Below, in pieces: positions 42,773 through 45,989 of a stretch of DNA of 45,989 nt. The stretch lies in assembly GCA_002269645.1 (NCBI GenBank), contig NIVC01000773.1, positions 337,417 through 383,405 of the forward strand, read 5' to 3'. Source of the stretch: Macrostomum lignano. Taxonomy: Eukaryota. Positions within the stretch are counted from its first letter, which is position 1, and each line of letters opens with the position of its first letter. The notes under the pieces are model-generated. The model was not told where the DNA came from. It ran no database searches and saw nothing but the letters and a program-made list of their open reading frames with translations. Position numbers and translations under genes: made by a program.

Positions 42773-44503
42773 AGCAATGATGGCAGGCATTAATGTTTCG
42801 TCTTCCCGCGCCTCTCCCTGGGGATTTACTCGGCACGTCCTTTTTCCCGCACTCCCAGGTCGCGCACGAGCCCGCCTCCATGCAGCCTCTTCGCCTCCTA
42901 CAACGGAAGCCCCACTCAGCCTAACGAGCTTCTTCTCCATCCTATCGTCCCATTTTTAATCCTTAGTTCCCCTTTTCGGCGTTCTTTCCCTTAGTCACTC
43001 CCCAAAAAATTGATCCACATTGCTTAGCAACCCGAGACAGAGCAAAACAGCGGCTCCGGGAGGCGGTATTTTCTGTCAAATTTCCATCCGTGATGCGCCT
43101 TCAGTGCCCATTTTGTTGTTAAATGCATCGCAATTAAATTCGGGAGAGTCAAGCTGTTGAAGACTGGCTTTGCACTGTCTATGGCCCAAAGGGGTCTGTG
43201 GCCAGTTGGAGAATTTTGGTCGCGCAATGAATCAGTGCTTTGCACAGCTATGGCAGATGTCATCAGGCAAGCATGGAAGACTCTTTCCTGGGGGGCCTTT
43301 GACCACCTTGACCTCCATTGGATGACCTCCATTGCAGTTGGGCGTTATCTGAGTGGAGCCAGGCACTGCACTTTTCATTTTCACTTCAGCTTGATCGACA
43401 GCTTTAATGTAATTTTCATTACTCTTACGACTAAAAGGTCGGGGGTTCGATTCTCAACCCACTCGGAACAATTTGTGTCCTTGAGCAAGACGCTTGACTC
43501 TGCATTGTTTCAGTTCACCCAGCTATAAAATGGGTGCCAGCATTAGCTGGGGTAATTGAGGGTGTGTGGCGACCCCCCAGTCCTTGGACTGAACAGCCGT
43601 ACGCAGCCTCCCACTGTACAAAACGCTAGAAGAAAACGCTAGACTTAAGTAGAAGTCATGGCAAACTTTAGACAGACCTGGCAACACAGGCCGCCCGTCC
43701 CGACCCAAGGCGGGCAGCTCCTTGCACATCATGGCGCGGGCCAGCGAGCAATTGAAGTCGAACCGAAGCTCCTCGCCCGTGTCGGCGTCGGTCATGACGA
43801 GACGCCCGACTGGCAGATCGGCGGCCGACGCCGCGGCCACCGTGGCAGCCGCTGAACTCCGAGGTCGGGCCTCCAGGCTCAGCCGCACTTTCAGAATCTC
43901 ACCAATTTGCCCCGTGTGCACCTGTGATTAAATAATAATCACTCATAATCATAAAAATCATTTATCGCTATTCGGACTGTTCGCTAAGTAAAATAATCTT
44001 TGATCCAATGTGCAGCGGAATTTACAGTCGATAAACTCTGTCCCTAATGTACACCTGCCCGATGACTCATTCCCCACCCGATAAACTCTGTCCCTAATGT
44101 ACACCTGGCCGATGACTCATTCCCCACCCGATAAACTCTGTCCCTAATGTACACCTGCCCGATGACTCATTCACCTCAGAATCATCCTTCAAGTAAAATT
44201 TTTGTCCTAAAGTATCAACTTGCATCTTCATGTACCTGAGCAGGATTCAAGTGTCTATCACAAATGTACAAATATAAGAATTTACTGAAATTTCTACCTC
44301 AAAATCTGACTCTGCCTCATCAATGAGGGCTTGAGAGCGAAGCAGCGGCAGCGGGCCTGAGCAGCCCTGCCTGCCGTACACGGTGAGAAAGAGGCGACGG
44401 GAGGAACTCGCGGCTGTCGAACTTTCATGGCCGACGCCCGGCGTGTCGATCTGAACTCGCCAGTGGCCACTGGGGGTTGTTGATGACTCTTTCAGTTCAG
44501 AGA
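13141..44503 (-). CDS. Multi-PLAT/LH2-repeat protein with FGF/fascin-like beta-trefoil and Pro-rich linker (LOXHD1 / RP1-long-isoform-like); 5'-incomplete; at least 20 exons, about 2570 aa in window
   Basis: One canonical PLAT ([36 protein letters not shown]...[22 protein letters not shown]...GWYLDKVAV...[18 protein letters not shown]) and about a dozen degenerate ones ([41 protein letters not shown]). GT-AG exon chain is phase-consistent except across the transposon-containing intron. Confidence 0.8.
13950..14170 (+). repeat. 18-bp minisatellite (TTTTGGACCCCCTGACAG)
   Basis: Direct reading; intronic. Confidence 0.92.
14191..14949 (-). CDS. PLAT-repeat gene exon
   Basis: Acceptor TTCCCGCAG (nearest phase-0 site), donor GTTTGC; 759 nt. 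Confidence 0.72.
15008..15400 (+). repeat. Degenerate minisatellite (AACGGAAATCCCCTGTGGAAAATCCCC)
   Basis: Fills most of intron 14950-15410. Confidence 0.9.
15411..16493 (-). CDS. PLAT-repeat gene exon
   Basis: Acceptor TTGCCAG, donor GTTTGA; 1083 nt, phase 0/0; [14 protein letters not shown]...VYLDSVSV...FRCQRWLDS. Confidence 0.85.
16580..16797 (+). repeat. 20-bp minisatellite (GAGTAGGACCCCTGTCTCTT)
   Basis: Direct reading; intronic. Confidence 0.95.
16974..17795 (-). CDS. PLAT-repeat gene exon
   Basis: Acceptor CTCTTCCAG, donor GTAAGT; 822 nt, phase 0/0. Confidence 0.85.
17841..18665 (+). repeat. 29-bp minisatellite (CAATGGACAGGTGCTCAGATTCCAATGAT)
   Basis: About 28 copies filling intron 17796-18719. 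Confidence 0.95.
18720..19334 (-). CDS. PLAT-repeat gene exon
   Basis: Acceptor TTTTCAG, donor GTGAGA; 615 nt, phase 0/0; [17 protein letters not shown]...VHGERGNTG...FPSGRWLE. Confidence 0.88.
19375..19698 (+). repeat. 20-bp minisatellite (CTCTCTCACGCTAGCCCTGA)
   Basis: Direct reading; intronic. Confidence 0.95.
19778..20334 (-). CDS. PLAT-repeat gene exon
   Basis: Phase 1 to 0; within ORF 19706-20365; VTYRVSI...LGELNKIRV...WIFDLVTV...LYGERGHT. Confidence 0.85.
20445..20675 (+). repeat. Degenerate minisatellite (GGGATTCCCCATTCCTATTTAGGT)
   Basis: Direct reading; intronic. Confidence 0.85.
20744..20867 (-). CDS. PLAT-repeat gene exon
   Basis: Acceptor CTTCACAG, donor GTAAAA; ITLEHL...CPVNRWFSR; phase 0 to 1. 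Confidence 0.85.
20951..21204 (-). CDS. PLAT-repeat gene exon
   Basis: Phase 1 to 0; NWQLTLSSG...[10 protein letters not shown]...IGELYKLRL...WFVKE; donor GTGAGT. Confidence 0.82.
21618..21944. mobile_element. TIR element (MITE) with internal telomere-like (CTAACC)n repeats
   Basis: 51-bp TIRs 21623-21673 / 21890-21940 (2 mismatches); flanks TTTGCTAT / TTTGCGAT as near-perfect 8-bp TSD. Confidence 0.8.
24238..24405 (+). repeat. 17-bp minisatellite (CAGCCAGTGACAATTGA)
   Basis: Direct reading; intronic. Confidence 0.92.
24462..24546 (-). CDS. PLAT-repeat gene exon (tentative acceptor)
   Basis: Branch-like CTAAT plus AAG acceptor; strong donor G|GTGAGC; [28 protein letters not shown]; phase 0 to 1. 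Confidence 0.55.
24783..24916 (-). CDS. PLAT-repeat gene exon (tentative boundaries)
   Basis: Acceptor TCCCCAG after a very long pyrimidine tract; phase 1 to 0; donor GTACTT is weak. Confidence 0.5.
24920..25300 (+). repeat. GA-rich polypurine tract (left flank of EnSpm; continues at 35210-35405)
   Basis: Direct reading. Confidence 0.95.
26607..26721 (-). mobile_element. Diverged, truncated inverted copy of the same MITE
   Basis: Reverse complement (cagtgcagcgcaagcagaaattt...gggggcggattctgaagggtaaag...cgcttggtccccc) aligns by eye with 27057-27170. Confidence 0.7.
27057..27255. mobile_element. Non-autonomous hAT-type MITE nested in the EnSpm element
   Basis: 15-bp TIRs CAGTAGCGCAACCAG / CTGGTTGCGCCACTG (1 mismatch); perfect 8-bp TSD GGAGCAAG (27049-27056, 27256-27263). 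Confidence 0.85.
27380..27456 (-). mobile_element. hAT-Charlie-like terminal fragment
   Basis: Minus strand reads CAGGGGTCAGCAAACTCCAGCCCACGGGCCACATGCGGCCCGC, typical of Charlie-group termini; second end and TSD not found. Confidence 0.5.
29145..31147 (-). CDS. EnSpm/CMC-type DDE transposase (main ORF 29145-30830; probable N-terminus from ATG 31147 separated by one frameshift near 30990-31015)
   Basis: Motifs NFDGLP...WPIL, CDAPARA, HxxYxGCxxC, DYQH.VCLGV, HTILHL...[14 protein letters not shown]; upstream frame carries KKRK NLS-like and acidic segments. Confidence 0.88.
31148..31510. promoter_or_regulatory. Candidate bidirectional promoter of the transposon genes
   Basis: 363 bp between divergent ATGs; ATTGG 31298-31302 and CCAAT 31330-31334 in opposite orientation, with GC-rich elements between and nearby. 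Confidence 0.4.
32270..32550 (+). repeat. Coding low-complexity repeat (GAAGCTGAGGYG)n encoding (EAEV/EAEA)n
   Basis: 6/12-bp units, frame preserved, inside accessory-gene exon 3. Confidence 0.9.
33535..34220 (+). repeat. 54-bp coding tandem repeat, about 13 copies ([18 protein letters not shown])
   Basis: Directly visible 54-bp period, in frame with the accessory-gene exon. Confidence 0.92.
35673..35700 (-). CDS. Candidate 28-nt microexon of PLAT-repeat gene
   Basis: Acceptor TACTTTCAG, donor GTATAT; phase 0 to 1 would fix the phase gap between exons 36120 and 24916. No homology support. Confidence 0.3.
35806..35990 (+). repeat. Degenerate C-rich repeat (CCCAACTAATYCCC)
   Basis: Direct reading; intronic. 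Confidence 0.8.
36120..36335 (-). CDS. PLAT-repeat gene exon
   Basis: Acceptor TTGACAG, donor GTGAGG; phase 0/0; [14 protein letters not shown]...WNCDRL...FICCDWL. Confidence 0.8.
36470..37155 (+). repeat. 20-21-bp minisatellite (GGGATTCCCAAATTCCAATC)
   Basis: Fills intron 36336-37165. Confidence 0.95.
37166..37923 (-). CDS. PLAT-repeat gene exon (poly-Pro linker plus degenerate PLAT)
   Basis: Acceptor TGCACAG; phase 1 to 0; [13 protein letters not shown]... in frame with ORF 37151-37780; LVGDLGDTG. Confidence 0.8.
37977..38789 (-). mobile_element. Solo-LTR-like segment
   Basis: TG...CA bounded (TGTTATTGTAAC...CATCACAACA on minus); two ATTGG boxes, GC boxes, TATTTAT and ATTAAA in U3-R-U5-like order; no TSD found. 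Confidence 0.4.
38815..39240 (+). repeat. 21-bp minisatellite (CTCTCCCTACTCAGCTATTGA)
   Basis: About 20 copies. Confidence 0.95.
39266..39440 (-). CDS. PLAT-repeat gene exon (beta-trefoil end)
   Basis: Acceptor TTTATTTTCAG, donor GTGAGC; [24 protein letters not shown]...LWLGFEPDG...VRLYPEVL. Confidence 0.85.
39470..39645 (+). repeat. 11-bp minisatellite (AGCAACAGCAT)
   Basis: Direct reading; intronic. Confidence 0.9.
39650..40099 (-). CDS. PLAT-repeat gene exon (beta-trefoil)
   Basis: 450 nt, phase 0/0; [13 protein letters not shown]...[24 protein letters not shown]. Confidence 0.8.
40128..40283 (+). repeat. 16-bp AT-rich minisatellite (TTGTTATAATTATATT)
   Basis: About 10 near-identical copies. 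Confidence 0.95.
40956..41062 (-). CDS. PLAT-repeat gene exon (beta-trefoil), absent from ORF track
   Basis: Acceptor CATTTCAG, donor GTAAGG; 107 nt, phase 1 to 0; [35 protein letters not shown]; resolves the phase between its neighbours. Confidence 0.85.
41120..41480 (+). repeat. 22-bp minisatellite (GTTGCTAACTGGTTGCTATGCC)
   Basis: Direct reading; intronic. Confidence 0.9.
41516..41808 (-). CDS. PLAT-repeat gene exon (PLAT end plus start of beta-trefoil)
   Basis: Phase 2 to 1; [16 protein letters not shown]...[30 protein letters not shown]; donor GTGAGA. Confidence 0.85.
41838..42072 (+). repeat. (CTCTA/CTACT)n pentanucleotide repeat
   Basis: Direct reading. Confidence 0.92.
42259..42416 (-). 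CDS. PLAT-repeat gene exon
   Basis: Phase 0 to 2; [14 protein letters not shown]...WYLDKV; donor GTGGGC. Confidence 0.88.
42522..42691 (-). CDS. PLAT-repeat gene exon
   Basis: Acceptor TTGCAG, donor GTGCGG; phase 1 to 0; [10 protein letters not shown]...GDLGDTG. Confidence 0.88.
42729..42768 (+). repeat. Short (CAGA)n
   Basis: Direct reading. Confidence 0.95.
43400..43600 (+). mobile_element. CORE/MIR-like tRNA SINE
   Basis: B box GGGTTCGATTC (about 43443) followed by TGTGTCCTTGAGCAAGACGCTT and CAGCTATAAAATGGG, resembling the CORE-SINE consensus. Confidence 0.55.
43678..43921 (-). CDS. PLAT-repeat gene exon
   Basis: Acceptor TCACAG, donor GTCTGT; phase 0 to 1; [14 protein letters not shown]...CKELP. 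Confidence 0.82.
44030..44172 (+). repeat. 50-bp tandem repeat, about 2.8 copies
   Basis: GATAAACTCTG starts at 44030, 44080, 44130. Confidence 0.92.
44298..44503 (-). CDS. PLAT-repeat gene exon (most 5' found in window)
   Basis: Acceptor TTGTCAG, donor GTAGAA; phase 1 to 0; WRVQIDT...[17 protein letters not shown]. Confidence 0.72.
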
Positions 44504-44513
44504 CTGACAAATT

Positions 44514-45935
44514 CACACCGGTGACTCTGACACTCACACCGGTGACACTGACACACTCACACCGGTGACTCTGACACACTCACACCGGTGACTCTGTCAC
44601 ACTCACACCGGTGACTCTGACACACTCACACTGGTGTCTCTGACACATTCACACCGGTGACTCTGACACACTCACACCGGTGACTCTGACACACTCACAC
44701 CGGTGACTCTGACACACTCACACCGGTGACTCTGACTCACTCACACTGGTGTCTCTGACACACTCACACCGGTGACTCTGACACACTCACACCGATGATA
44801 CTGACACACTCACACCGGTGACTCTGACACTCACACCGGTGAAACTGTCACACTCACACCGGTGACTCTGACTCACTCACACTGGTGACTCTGACTCACT
44901 CACACTGGTGTCTCTGACACACTCACACCGGTGACTCTGATACTCACACCGGTGACTCTGATTCACTCACACTGGTGTCTCTGACACATTCACACCGGTG
45001 ACTCTGACACACTCACACCGGTGACTCTGACACACTCACACCGGTGACTCTGTCACACTCACACCGGTGACTCTGACACTCACACCGGTGACTCTGACTC
45101 ACTCACACTGGTGTCTCTGACACACTCACACCGGTGACTCTGTCACACTCACACCAGTGACTCTGACACTCACACCGGTGACTCTGACTCACTCACACTG
45201 GTGTCTCTGACACACTCACACCGGTGACTCTGATACTCACACCGGTGACTCTGACTCACTCACACTGGTGACTCTGACTCACTTACACTGGTGTCTCTGA
45301 CACACTCACACCGGTGACTCTGATACTCACACCGGTGACTCTGATTCACATCACACTGTGTCTCTGACACATTCACACCGGTGACTCTGACACACTCACA
45401 CCGGTGACTCTGACACACTCACACCGGTGACTCTGTCACACTCACACCGGTGACTCTGACACTCACACCGGTGACTCTGACTCACTCACACTGGTGTCTC
45501 TGACACACTCACACCGGTGACTCTGTCACACTCACACCAGTGACTCTGACACTCACACCGGTGACTCTGACTCACTCACACTGGTGTCTCTGACACACTC
45601 ACACCGGTGACTCTGATACTCACACCGGTGACTCTGACTCACTCACACCGGTGACTCTGACTCACTCACACTGGTGTCTCTGACACACTCACACCGGTGA
45701 CTCTGATACTTACACCGGTGACTCTGACTCACTCACACCGGTGACTCTGACACACTCACATCGGTGACTGACACACTCACACCGGTGACTCTGACACACT
45801 CACATCGGTGACTCTGACACACTCACACCGGTGACTCTGACACACTCACACCGGTGACTCTGACACACTCACACCGGTGACTCTGCACACTCACACCGGT
45901 GACTCTGACACACTCACACTGGGGGACTGACACAC
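44514..45935 (+). repeat. 21-23-bp minisatellite (CACACTCACACCGGTGACTCTGA), about 60 copies
   Basis: Direct reading; palindromic CACCGGTG core. Confidence 0.97.
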
Positions 45936-45989
45936 TGAATAACCAATCGATATCAAATAATCAACGGACTCACGTGACTTGACAATTTT

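Overview
Eukaryotic (metazoan) genomic DNA, with no prokaryotic features. GC-rich Ala/Gly/Arg-rich exons, AT-rich flanks, (CAGA)n microsatellites and a different minisatellite in almost every intron suggest a free-living flatworm such as Macrostomum (inference, not verified). Two convergent spliced genes were assembled by hand from GT-AG sites with consistent phases. (1) Plus strand, 3339-10731, 5 exons, about 1542 aa: a multi-EF-hand protein resembling EFCAB6. (2) Minus strand, from beyond 44503 down to about 13150, at least 20 exons and about 2570 aa inside the window, 5'-incomplete: many PLAT/LH2 repeats plus an FGF/fascin-like beta-trefoil and a poly-proline linker (LOXHD1 / long-isoform RP1-like). 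One intron of gene 2 holds a 9.9-kb EnSpm/CACTA(CMC)-type DNA transposon (25301-35209; CCCAGTGG termini, 2-bp GA TSD). It carries a divergently transcribed transposase and a spliced, decayed DUF4806-like accessory gene, with a hAT-type MITE nested inside. Other mobile DNA: a foldback element, a related TIR element with telomere-like repeats, two SINE-like sequences and a solo-LTR-like segment. Most long ORFs in the supplied track are artefacts of repeats or antisense shadows.
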